The notes beneath the pieces were generated by a model that was not told the DNA's origin, did no database searches, and was given only the letters and a program-made list of their open reading frames with translations. A DNA stretch of 62,661 nucleotides, the filler included, from Choristocarpus tenellus KU-1152 (Eukaryota; Protista; Phaeophyceae), in the NCBI GenBank assembly GCA_964200185.2. It is 11 parts of 11 records of this genome, joined end to end, with 100 filler letters (N's around TTAATTAATTAA, not from the genome) between each part and the next. Parts side by side here need not be neighbours in the genome. Positions count along the whole stretch, not along the records: positions 52,060 to 56,159 come from CAXNAD020016210.1; positions 56,260 to 62,661 come from CAXNAD020008211.1; 9 more parts are not named here. The stretch is one strand, 5' to 3'. Shown in pieces: positions 52,204-62,661 of the stretch. Position 1 is the first letter of the stretch; every line of letters starts with the position of its first letter. The translations under genes and the position numbers were made by a program.

Positions 52204-55199
52204 TCAGTTGCTCTTCTTACAGAGCCCACCATCCACCACAAGATTCTGACCTGTCACAAAGCCTGCGCGTTTTGACAACAGGAATGAAACTGCTGAGGCC
52301 GCATCAGCACCGGTCCCTGCACGACCCAAAGGCGCCACACGCCTGCCACCCTCCTGTGGCACACTCACTGCATTCACCCTCACCATGGGCCCGCAGCTCA
52401 CAGCCTGGGCCTGCGTAAGTGCCACAAGTCCCCCATGTGCTGCTGCCAGCGACTCTGTATTAGGCAATGCCTGGAGTGACACTGTGGAGGTCACATTCAC
52501 CACTGCCCCACCCCCAGCCCCACGTGATGCCTTGAGCCTTGGGAGCGCATGCTTAGCTGCAAGCATTGGCCCTGTTAGCACCTCTGTCAGCACTCCCACC
52601 AGCATTCCTGAGTCAAGTACCTCAAGCTGGCCTTGGGTCCCCATTTGTTGCCCTGGCTTGGATTCAGCACCCGAAGTGTTGCACACCAGCCCATCCATGC
52701 CACCAAATGTGTCCTGGCAAACCTCCACTAACTGACGAAGCCCCTCCTCATCCCCAGGGATGCCTGTATCATGATATATTAGCCGACCCTCCTCCATAGC
52801 GGCGGCAGCTTCAGCTCCTGCAGTCCCATCAAGCAGCCCTGCTACCTCCGCGGCATCCTCACAAGCTCCATCATCTCCAGCAACCACTGAAGCACCATCC
52901 TGTAGGAGACGCCTCAAGATGGCAGGGCCAAAGCCACTCAAGGCCCCTGTGATCGCCACCTTGAACCCAGGCAGAGCCTGAAGAGCCTTCACTGTCTTCT
53001 TCTCCTTTGCCAATTGACTACGGAGTGAATCAATCTCCTGCTGCATCTCTTCTCGAACCTGGCATACGAGGGTTATTTATTATTATCAGTAATAGTAGGA
53101 TTTTCAACAAGGAGCAAAAACATAAAATAAGACCATCATTGTACCTCTAGTTGCCATGTACATTACATTATAACCCTAGCCCTCAAAAACACAGCAACAA
53201 GAAGAATAAACCTACTTGCTGCCAAGCAGAACTTATTTAGACCAAGCAAAAAGGGTGAAATATTACCCTAGGTTGACCCCCCCCCTCCCCCTAAAATGCA
53301 GAGCAAACCCAAAGCACACAACTCCACAACAACTCCACGCAACATCAGAAGGAAAATAAAACATCCACACCAATTTATGAGATACCCACCCCAACGACTA
53401 AAGCAAGAACATGACTACAGGAGACAAGTAACATCAGAAGGCACTATATTCTACACTATATGCACGAGCCACTGCACTGTCAACATCTCCCAAGACTCAC
53501 CTCTGCCAGCTTTGCAGAGAGAGTCTGCTGCGCAAGTCTCTCTTGCTCCTCCTCTGCCCTGCGCTGCTCAGCTTCCAACTCTTGCAATTCCTTCTCCTTG
53601 CGTTTTCGAACCAGTTCTGCCATCTCCCTCCCGACAGTGGCCCGTGTGCGCTCCCCACGATAAAACGACTGCACCTTCACTGCAGCCTTCTTCTTGGTCA
53701 CAAACTTCTTGCGAATTAGCCAACATCTAAGGTTCGTCTGGAGCAATGTGATCGATTGGGAAATCATACTCGTCCTGTCACAGTAACAAGAAAATGGACA
53801 AACGCTTCAGTAAGAACCAGAATCAACTCAAGGGAAAAAAGTTACCGCAGCAGAGTACGCCCAATCCTTACTGTGTCCTTAACTTCCCCTCTGTGATGCT
53901 GTGTGCTTCCACCCTCAACAGCGAGGACATCAACTCCCCCGCATCAGGAGGAAGCAATGGATGATCTTATCTTCTCAGCATAGCGTGCAGGTAATGCAGT
54001 TTTCTTATACTCAAGTTCAACAGCAGTAGAAACTAAACATATACCTTTATCACTTTGGTTGCATCTACAGCGACATACTAGGCGGTACAACACACAACAT
54101 GACCAATGACAACGCAATACTTCGTGAGCATAAAAAAGTAGTAACCCTCCTCCCCCCAATCCATCTTCAAATGAGACTCCGTGTAATACCTGAGGCGCTC
54201 AATGCTGTTAAATGCTTTTTGCTGGAAGAACACCTTGGAGAGCCCCATTTGCATGCCCACCTCACGACACAGATTCTGGAAGTCTGCATCAGTGCAAGAA
54301 GACAGTGCCCCCTTACCCTTCACCTTGCCCAGAATGGAGAACACCAGTGCCTTGCACACTGCCCTTTCAGAGTCCTGGTCAATCTCTCCCCCATCCTACA
54401 ATGCATTCAAAAGTTAGGAAGGCGTTGTCAGGGGGAGTCGACAGGAGGGAGGCGGAAAAGTGAGTGAAATGAATAACTAACTTAGGGCATCAATGTGTGA
54501 GGTGGGCAAAGGGGATGGTGACAACTTATTGAGCATCGCATGATACATGGGTCCAGTGAGGCTTCTTTCAAGAAAATGCCTACTATATCTTTCACGTATA
54601 GACTGCAATTCCAGTCCCTCCAAAGATATTTCCACTCAACAGAAAAACAAAAAAATATGTGCCAAAGAATACCAAACTGATCAACAACTCAATACCTGAA
54701 ATTGCTGTTCATGTAGACATATTTTACTTAGCAAAAGTGCTAAGAGGACAAGAGAGTCTGGGCAGGTGTCAAACACAACTCTCCATCCACCATTTCAACA
54801 TATCTTATACATGCACACTCACACTCATCTAATCCACATAGATGAAGTCAACCACTCCATGCCTAATCACTCTAGCTCAGGACTAAACTCAGTATCGAGC
54901 CCCTTCCCCTAGATCATAACCCCAGCCCCAGGCACCACATCAAAGCTTTGGGTTAAAAATACTTCCATGCCTTTCTCACAAAAACAAAAATGACACAATA
55001 CCATCCCTCAAACTGAAGACACAATACCATCCGGGGTCATGCAGCTCCCACCACAACAGAGTGAAGAGGAGGTGGAGATATCCGGGCAACAAATCAGAGC
55101 AACTTGTGACTTGTTGAATTATCTCCTCACCTGGGCACAATTCCTGTATGCCGTTTCCACCACCAACGGGGCAAGCACTCCATAGCGATCAATGAACTC
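52204..55199 (-). CDS. Myosin heavy chain 3' part (end of motor/converter, 2 IQ, coiled coil) fused to a C-terminal SDR (Rossmann) domain
   Basis: In-phase GT-AG exons 55199-55131 (EFIDRYGVL), 54395-54190 (MQMGLSKVFF), 53774-53501 (LQTNLRCWLIRK, VQSFYRGERTR, charged coil), 53058-52204 (coil, then ITGALSGFG...VRVNAVS...FVTGQNLVVDGG*). Confidence 0.85.
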
Positions 55200-56087
55200 C
55201 TGCAATGACAAGAGCAAAATCAACAATTTCCCATTGAGTGAGAGGGAAAGGAAAGTTGAAAGGCAGGAGGGAGTGGGGTGGGGAGGGCAGTGGCAAGGTC
55301 GAGGAGCTATGCTACGCAAAATATCGTAGTCTTAAAAGAACAAAAACGCAGCCCCTCTCTAGTCCGCATCTCCCTTACCACCCCTTGAATCAACTAAACT
55401 TGGAATCTGATCTAACATGTTCCAAGCACCAACTTCATACACTTTTTCCACCTCCAGTAGAACAGACACAAGAATCAATCAACTACGGAAATAGTACTAA
55501 GAAAGTACAACCCTTGACCAAAGTATATAAAAAAACTCTGCCTGATGCAGTCGTACCACTTGCCAGCACAGGGTGTCGAGAATAACACATAATCCAAGAA
55601 AAAGGTTCACACACGCTTGCTGCTCTATCGCCATTATATAGCTTCCCTTCGAGATGCTACACTCCAATCCTTGTCATCCGTCCTCACCAAAGCGTACTGT
55701 ACCCAACAAGCCCCTGGCATCACAAAACATCTTCCTTGATAAGCAGTATCGAGGGGAGTTATTACAACACTGTAAACACTGTCAATCTACACCACTCCAG
55801 GTTCCAAATTGTGTACTGCTGTAGATCTGTCTCTATCTACCGATTACACATTCGGCTCTTTCACCCTTTCATAAAACTCACAAACACTTCCATCTTCTTC
55901 CTTACGGCAACCTAACCTCACCAAATATATTCCAAAAAATATATATTTCAAGTACCAGTCTCAGACTGTTCCCCACTACTCAACTCGCCATGCCCTCCCT
56001 ACATGCACCACAGGGGGTACGGACAACAGTACCACCAGAACTAAACACAGAAACAACAACACAAAACCGCACAACTAGAACAACCCC

Positions 56088-56124
<37 letters not shown>

Positions 56125-56259
56125 ACCCCCCCCCCCCCCCCCCAACACCCCCCGGCGGGNNNNNNNNNNNNNNNNNNNNNNNNNNNNNNNNNNNNNNNNN
56201 NNNTTAATTAATTAANNNNNNNNNNNNNNNNNNNNNNNNNNNNNNNNNNNNNNNNNNNN

Positions 56260-56402
56260 CACACCTTTTCATAACGTATACATTTTACCTACTCCGAAAT
56301 ATTTTGGAGTAGGAATATGTCATTAAAAAAAAACGGGGAAGCCAACCCCCAAACGGACAAACAGGGCAAAACTCGTACCCTAACCCTAAGATACTTTTAC
56401 TC
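56260..56402 (-). mobile_element. MITE family A, partial copy at contig start, with CCCTAA insertion
   Basis: Central hairpin and TACCCTAACCCTAAGATACTTTTACTC. Confidence 0.85.
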
Positions 56403-57180
56403 AAGCAAAGAACCAGTAACTTGTGAACTGACACTTTGAAAAGATTGCATTGAAGGGTAGTGCAAACCAACTCCTAATTTAACTGCTGTTGGGCCTGGAT
56501 ATATTATTGACGGAGCCAGGAGGTATATTTCGGCTCACTGTATATTCTTCGTGTGTTGATATATAACCCATTCGGTTCATGTATGTCTGGGATAATTGTC
56601 CGTTTAGAAGTGAGGAAAAGCAAGGAGGGATCCAATCACAATTTTGTGAAATCATTCGTTGGTTCAACTCGTTGGTTCATGTATATGGGGATAGTCTGTG
56701 GAGGGTCAAAGTGAAGATCACCACAGGGCAAAGGAAATCACAGGAGGCGTTTCATGTCCTTCTTGAGTCGGTGAGATTAGTCTTCTTTAGCTCTTTCCCT
56801 GCACCATACCCTCCAAACCACATGCACTCTGATATTTAAAAAGAAGATACTTGGCGTAGTTAGGAGTCAGGAGGTACATGGGTACATTGTATACACTACG
56901 TATGGCGATGGTCTTTGCATCTAAGAGATAGGAGACAGAGGGGGATGCAAGTGAGATGAGCAAGGGAAAAACAGTAAATGGAGAGGTATAAAAAACACAA
57001 CCAAAAGGATGAACCTCCAAGTATATTCCTCACACCGTGCTGACAAACATTCGAGGAAGCTGTGGATTGGAGGGTGGCTACATGTGCAGCGAGCAAAGAC
57101 AAAGCAGGCCTATCCATAGAACGTATATGGTGGGTCTATCTCTATCCACCTCTGTGTTGCCATCAATCCATTCTATTCAC

Positions 57181-60086
57181 CGCCAGGGCACTGCACTCCA
57201 GGGACAGTTCTCTGTTTCAAAACTCTTGAAAGCAAACATGCTCAAGTGATTGTCGTACCAGCTTCGGAACAAACCGCTGCAAGAAGCTGAGCTCACGGTT
57301 GCCACCTATGAGGCAGGCAGTGGTGTTCTTAGCAGGGGTGCACTTAGACGCCCCACTACTTGCTGTTGCTGCATCTTCTTCCGTTCCGAGTTCTGCTGTG
57401 AAAAGGCTGTTGGCAGACCGAATAGTAAGGGGTGGTCCTGCAAAGGCATCATTCTCTGTAAGCGTATCAGTAGATGTGGTAGATGATAAAGAACCTGGTA
57501 TGCAAAGTAGAAGAGAGAGGGAGAGAGAGTGGAAGGGAGACAAAATATTCTCTTAATTGAGATCTTCTGGATGGAAATATGGTCTGTGACGAGCTGGTGT
57601 AGAACCCCTTCATGTTGAACATTCTCGATATACTTCATCATGCTATCAATATGTTCTATCGATGTAAGCTACTGCATAACTTTGAAGCTATCAAGCTGTA
57701 CTCACACACCCCTTTGTCACATTTTTTTTTAAGCATTAAATTTCCCCCTCTTCCCACACTGATTATTAGTGTGCAGAAAGGTCCGAGGACCTGGGAAAGG
57801 AGAGGAGGTTTGTGAATTATTCAGCTTTGAACATCACCAGTGGGAAATATCAAGAGCAAGGTCAGATATCAGTATTCCATACTCCAAAGCTGTACACACA
57901 ATGAAGTATTGGAAATTTCTCCTGCTGGGCAAATGCATTGAAAGAAGGACATAGCTTCCTCAAATCAAACCTAGCCCGCCTTCTACATCTATCCTGATTT
58001 ATGGTGGGTTAGCACATTGCACAACTTGCCTTGGTTGTTGAGAGGATTGCAAAGAAGGTGAATATTCATGTCATGCAGCCAACTCTATATATTTTGGTAG
58101 TCACAGCTATGTTGCCTGTGTGCAAGGAACCTCATGAGCGGTATATTGAGTGTGCAGGAAAATCTGACTTTGGCACTAAGGTCCCCCTGTCCCTGGTCCC
58201 CCCTGCAAGCTCCAAAAATATAACACTGCCAAACGAGGTCTTGCTGTTCTTCCCCTATAGGAATTAGGAATAGCTCCAAGGTTGTCAATCATGACAAAGG
58301 ATATCTTGAAGAAGTGATTGAGTTTATTTGAATAGTTGATGAAAATAGGTGCAGCGGTCAATCACACACTCCTTTGCATACTAAAGTTCAGTCCCTCTGG
58401 AAGAGGAAGCAGAGAGATGAGATACTCAAAACAATGCCACACCATGATTTTAACCGAACAATCATCGATGGACTATCCTGCCGGCTAACACCACTGTCTG
58501 CTCCAAGGCCATCGTCACCATCCAGCAAGCTTAATGACTCTCCAATCTAATTCAAGGTTGATGAAGATTGGGTCTATACCACCCTTAAAGAGATATAGAA
58601 CCTCCTTGTCCCGTGCAACATATTCACCATCGCGTCTTCTTGTCCTTGCACTCACTCCTGCAGGAGTCAGATCCCTGAAGGGGCTTCCAATACATTTGGT
58701 AGGTGTTGCACCCCCTGCATGTGTTTTTCTCCCTCTTTGAGCAAAGTATCCATATGTAGCATGAAAACACCTAAATAGATAGTGTCTATTCCTCCCATGG
58801 TCAAACACTTAAAGAGTGAAAGTATCTTAGAGGGTACGAGTTTTGCCCTGTTTGTCCATTTGGGGCTTGGCTTCCCATGTTTTATTTATGACAATTTCCT
58901 ACAGTAAAATGTTTAGGAGCAGGTAAAATGTGTATGTTATGAAAAGATGTGTCCGAAACATAGATATTGACACTTCCTAACAAACACGATAGCCAAAATT
59001 ACATAAAAAACGCAACATTGGATTTTGACCCCCAAACGGACGCGACTCTACTCTCTAAGATACTTTGGCTCAAACTAGGAAAAGAGGGATACAACTGTGG
59101 TGGTTCATACTATCTCAAGGGATACAGCAACCCTGAGCATGGAACTGAAATTGGTGCCAAAGGAAGGTACTACGTAGGCATGTTGAAATATATGTATCTG
59201 GATATCTCACCCCTGCCCCAGACTCAATTTTCTCGTTTTTCGTAAATATCCAACATTCATCACCTTAAACCAAAGGAGAAAAACCCCATGTACATATGTA
59301 TTGGTAACCAGTATATATATATATATATTCTACCTGCGACAGCTCAACGTATCACAAACATAACTGATGTACGTGCTTCTGACCGTTAAATCAGTAGTGA
59401 AGAGTAACACAGTATCATCAAGCAAAATGCATAGACTTCTACTAAACAAGTCAACGATTCAAGTGTTGAAATACAGTCTTGCTCGTTTGGAAATCATGGC
59501 TAAATGTCATGCTTGTGAGTTTGTCATTCACCACTAAAGTAAGCAATTTGATGCACGATGTCAAAGCACAGGTCTTTTTCGATATATCTCACTTGCTCGT
59601 GCGTGGTTCCACTGGAGCAAGTGAGTGGAACTCTATACCTCCAAAAAGGTTTAATGATATTGGCAGAGAAGGAGGTATGCGCCTCTCGTTGGCCTATTGC
59701 ATTTGTAAACGTTGTTGTAGACACGTGGTGTGATGAGCTAGTACCTCACGGGAGAGCACTGTATTAGGCAAGGGGTCTTTTGTAGGGCAGTACTCGGAAT
59801 AACTCAAAAAATGGCGAGTTGTGCCTCCTAGTCATCACAACTCTAACAATGCGGAATACAAAGAAAATGTATATTTACTCAATTGGAATGACAAGCCAAT
59901 CCCAAGCTGCACACGTATCCATGGACAACCTCGATCTGCTAGTATGAAGCAGTAAAATAATGAGAGTTGTGGAACTTAGAAGAGAAAGGCCTCACCTATC
60001 TCAGCCTCCGCGTCCTTGTCGTTTAGAATCTCCTCGGCATATCTGGCAAGCACGTCGCTCGTGCCAACTACTAGCGGGATATCCAT
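57181..60086 (-). CDS. Hypothetical multi-exon gene, head-to-head with the USP gene
   Basis: Exon 60086-59996 (MDIPLVVGTSDVLARYAEEILNDKDAEAEI) joins in phase to 59693-59593; further coding-like blocks at ~58770-58518 and ~57305-57181; full model not resolved. Confidence 0.4.
58814..59071 (+). mobile_element. MITE family A, full copy
   Basis: TIRs intact; flanks AAA/AAA. Confidence 0.9.
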
Positions 60087-60768
60087 ATAGCGCAACACCC
60101 CCAACGCTCCTTGTAGTATCTACCTTGCTCCTGAGTACCACTTTCTCATCCCAGCAACATCATCAGTGTTTCCTTCTTGGCGAAGTAGAGGGGAGTCTAG
60201 GATCGTCAATCCTCTTTGTGGAAAAAGCGAGAGCAGTCACCTGTGACGTCGACAACTCGCACGAAAGAAAAATTATTGGTAATTTGGCGCCATAGAGGGC
60301 CTGTAAGGAATGTAACATGTATATTTCATACAACAAGAATAAGTGATTGGTGACTTGGACCATCCACGTTGACACCAAACTATTCGTTGCACTAATGATG
60401 TATCGTTGGAGAAGTTTTGCGCTATCACCTGCTTCGCCCTAAAGTGGCACTTTCAAAAGCCCCTTTCTGTACGTGTAAATGCTAGCGATAATCCTGATCA
60501 AAATGACTTAGCCCAACATTAGGTTGAGACGAAAAATCCATACAGAAGACATATTTTGGTTGTTGTCTTGGTCCAGGAAGAGGTGAACATATTTTGGCGG
60601 TTTCACGAACTGTAACTACCTTATATTTTATTCTACCCCTTCGTGGAAACTAGGAACAAAACCAGGTAAGGCACACACACCTTCCAATGGTGTCATCGGA
60701 CAATACAGGGGCTATCGCAAGAACAACAATCTTCAGAATTTTCGAGGTACGATCCATGCCGGGAAGAC

Positions 60769-62357
60769 ATGTCCTCCCTCAATAGTGCCGTTCCCAATCA
60801 CGGCCATTGGAATGGGGGAGCACATGGCCAACAACAGTCATTGGTCGATCGCCTGCTTGGTAATCAAATTGGTTCGCATCGTTCTCACGTCTCTGCAGCA
60901 GCCAGTAGGCCAGTTGCTACCCCAGCAGTCATTTCTGGTACAGAACCAGGAGGTCTGACAAGGTGAGGGTGACGAGATTAATTGCATTCTATAACACAAC
61001 TCTATTCACAGGGGTGACTCAAAGGAGTAAGAGAAGTTGTGCCGGTGTGCCAATATACACTAAGTTTTTATTCTCCTGCAATCTGTATACCTCAATGAAG
61101 CCCTTCCTACCCATCCAACGGTGATGGTACGCGTGAACTACGCACAGGGCCAACAATTCGAGCAGTCGGCATGGAGTACAAACAGGTTTTCCAGGGCTGG
61201 CACGGAGGAGCTCTTCGATTAGAGCTGCTCTTGAGAGTGGATCACGTTCAAGGTCTGGAAGCTGCAGAGTTGGGATTAGTGGGAGGGATAGTAGTCTACG
61301 GGAACCATCCTCTTTCTCGTCCGCAGAGGAAAACTACCAACCAACAGCGCCAAGAGTAACCTCTCCGGGGCACGGTGTATCCTCCGTGAGGCAAAAGAGA
61401 GACAACCATTCCCTGCTAACCGCAAGGCAAAGGAGCAGTGAGACAATAGGAGGAAGGAGGGGTGATAGCTCAGAGCTGCGCCGAAATGGGCAAGCACAAG
61501 GGCAGAGTCGAAGTCAGGTCCAGGAGCAGGGTCAGGACGGGAGGTCGGGCAGTGGGGGGAGTAGTCTGAGCAGCAATCAGAGCGAGGAATTTTCTTCTGT
61601 TGAAGGAGGTGGGCGAGCTCAATCCTCTTCATCCGGGTGCTCTTACAGAGAGTTGGGGACTCAACGAATTCGTGACTGCCGAAGGGAACAGAGCGCGTAT
61701 GATAATACAGAGGATAGGTTCCTTGAGACACGTAGAGGAGGGGAGACAGTGGGGAATAGATCGAGCAAGTCAGAACCAGGAGCCAGCAACTGTATAGCTG
61801 CCACTTCTTCTGCTTCTTCCACCTCCAACCTTACTTTGCGCGCCCATCATCACTTGCCTCATATCAGTAGACTTGACATCGGAGGCAGGCATAGCATAGA
61901 TGGGACCCTCAAAAATCATAGTGGACGGACCTCCCCCAGTTCCTCCTCCAGGAGCACCGCTGTGGTTGCTGGAGACGTGGGGGCTGGGAGCTTGGTGGGG
62001 GCAGAAGAGGTTCATAGTAAATGGGAGGCAGGGAATGGGGGAGGTCCAGCAGTGCCAGGAGGAGGGGGAGGAGGAGGACTAAGACGAGAAAGCGGAAACA
62101 TTATTGGAGGACGGACAGCACAGGAGGCGAGGGGGTTGGTGGGGCTGCAGAACCTGGGAAATACGTGTTTCATGAATGCCTGCCTCCAGTGTTTGATGAA
62201 CACAGAGGTGTTGGCCAATTTTTTCCTTGTTGAATCACACCAAACAGTGCGGTTGAGTCGCAAGAGTCCCACCCAGGGTGCTCTCGCAACTGCGTTTGCA
62301 GAGTTGGTCCGGTGTGTGAATTGTTCTCCAATACATTCAAGCGTATCTCCAGCACAG
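60769..62357 (+). CDS. Ubiquitin-specific protease (peptidase C19) with long Ser/Gly/Arg-rich N-terminus; 3' truncated
   Basis: Exons 60769-60962 and 61148-62357 in phase; Cys box GLVGLQNLGNTCFMNACLQCL. Confidence 0.88.
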
Positions 62358-62363
62358 GTATGA

Positions 62364-62620
62364 GGTTCAAAGTATCTTAGAGGGTAGAGCCGGGTGCATT
62401 TGGGGACCAAAATCCAATGTTGCAATTTTGATGTAATTTTGACTATTGCGTTTTAAGGAAGTGTCAATATCCTTGTTCCAAACACAACTTTCCATAAGGA
62501 ATATATTTTATCTACTCCGAAATATTTTAGAGTAGGAAAATGCCATAAAAAATCCATGGGAAGCCAAGCCCCAAGTGGACAAACAGGGCAAAGCTCGTAC
62601 CCTCTAAGATACTTTCATTC
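62364..62620 (-). mobile_element. MITE family A copy at the start of a USP intron
   Basis: TIRs; flanks ATGA/ATGG. Confidence 0.88.
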
Positions 62621-62635
62621 ATGGACGGCATGTGT

Positions 62636-62661
62636 GACCCAAAGTATCTGGGAGGGGGGGG
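62636..62661 (+). mobile_element. MITE family B terminus at window end
   Basis: GACCCAAAGTATCTGGGAGGGGGG. Confidence 0.65.

Noticed and set aside
52204-53046. Stand-alone SDR gene or bacterial contaminant
   Set aside because: The ORF begins with coiled coil and has an in-phase acceptor 12 nt upstream that joins it to the myosin exons
3051-55199. Apparent cluster of cytoskeletal genes (MTBD protein, dynein-1, myosin)
   Set aside because: They lie on different contigs joined artificially; no linkage can be inferred

Overview
Eukaryotic nuclear DNA. It is most likely a brown alga or close stramenopile relative, inferred from the tandem WSC domains on a HHIP/HIPL1-like protein and the intron-rich genes. 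The window is an artificial concatenation of 11 short contigs joined by N-TTAATTAATTAA-N spacers (about 6661, 16946, 24783, 28651, 34159, 41612, 45611, 49085, 51960, 56160), so genes on different contigs are not real neighbours. Genes: a large non-motor protein carrying an orphan dynein microtubule-binding domain; a complete 20-exon secreted HHIP/HIPL1-like + 4xWSC gene; a HeH/LEM-like membrane protein; a CRT-like transporter fragment; four exons of cytoplasmic dynein-1 heavy chain; a USP deubiquitinase; a tRNA-Gln(UUG) with an atypical acceptor stem; and the 3' end of a myosin whose tail is a catalytically altered short-chain dehydrogenase/reductase (SDR). Mobile DNA: a decayed Copia element, a plant-type (DD39D-like) mariner, an intron-containing hAT relic, a tRNA-derived SINE pair, and about 19 copies of two MITE families. 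The two MITE families share asymmetric bipartite ends with ~16 and ~26 bp spacers; family A has GAG...CTC termini and 4-bp TSDs, which is Sola2-like. Top candidates for novelty: the myosin-pseudoSDR fusion, the orphan-MTBD protein, and the one-helical-turn asymmetric MITE ends.
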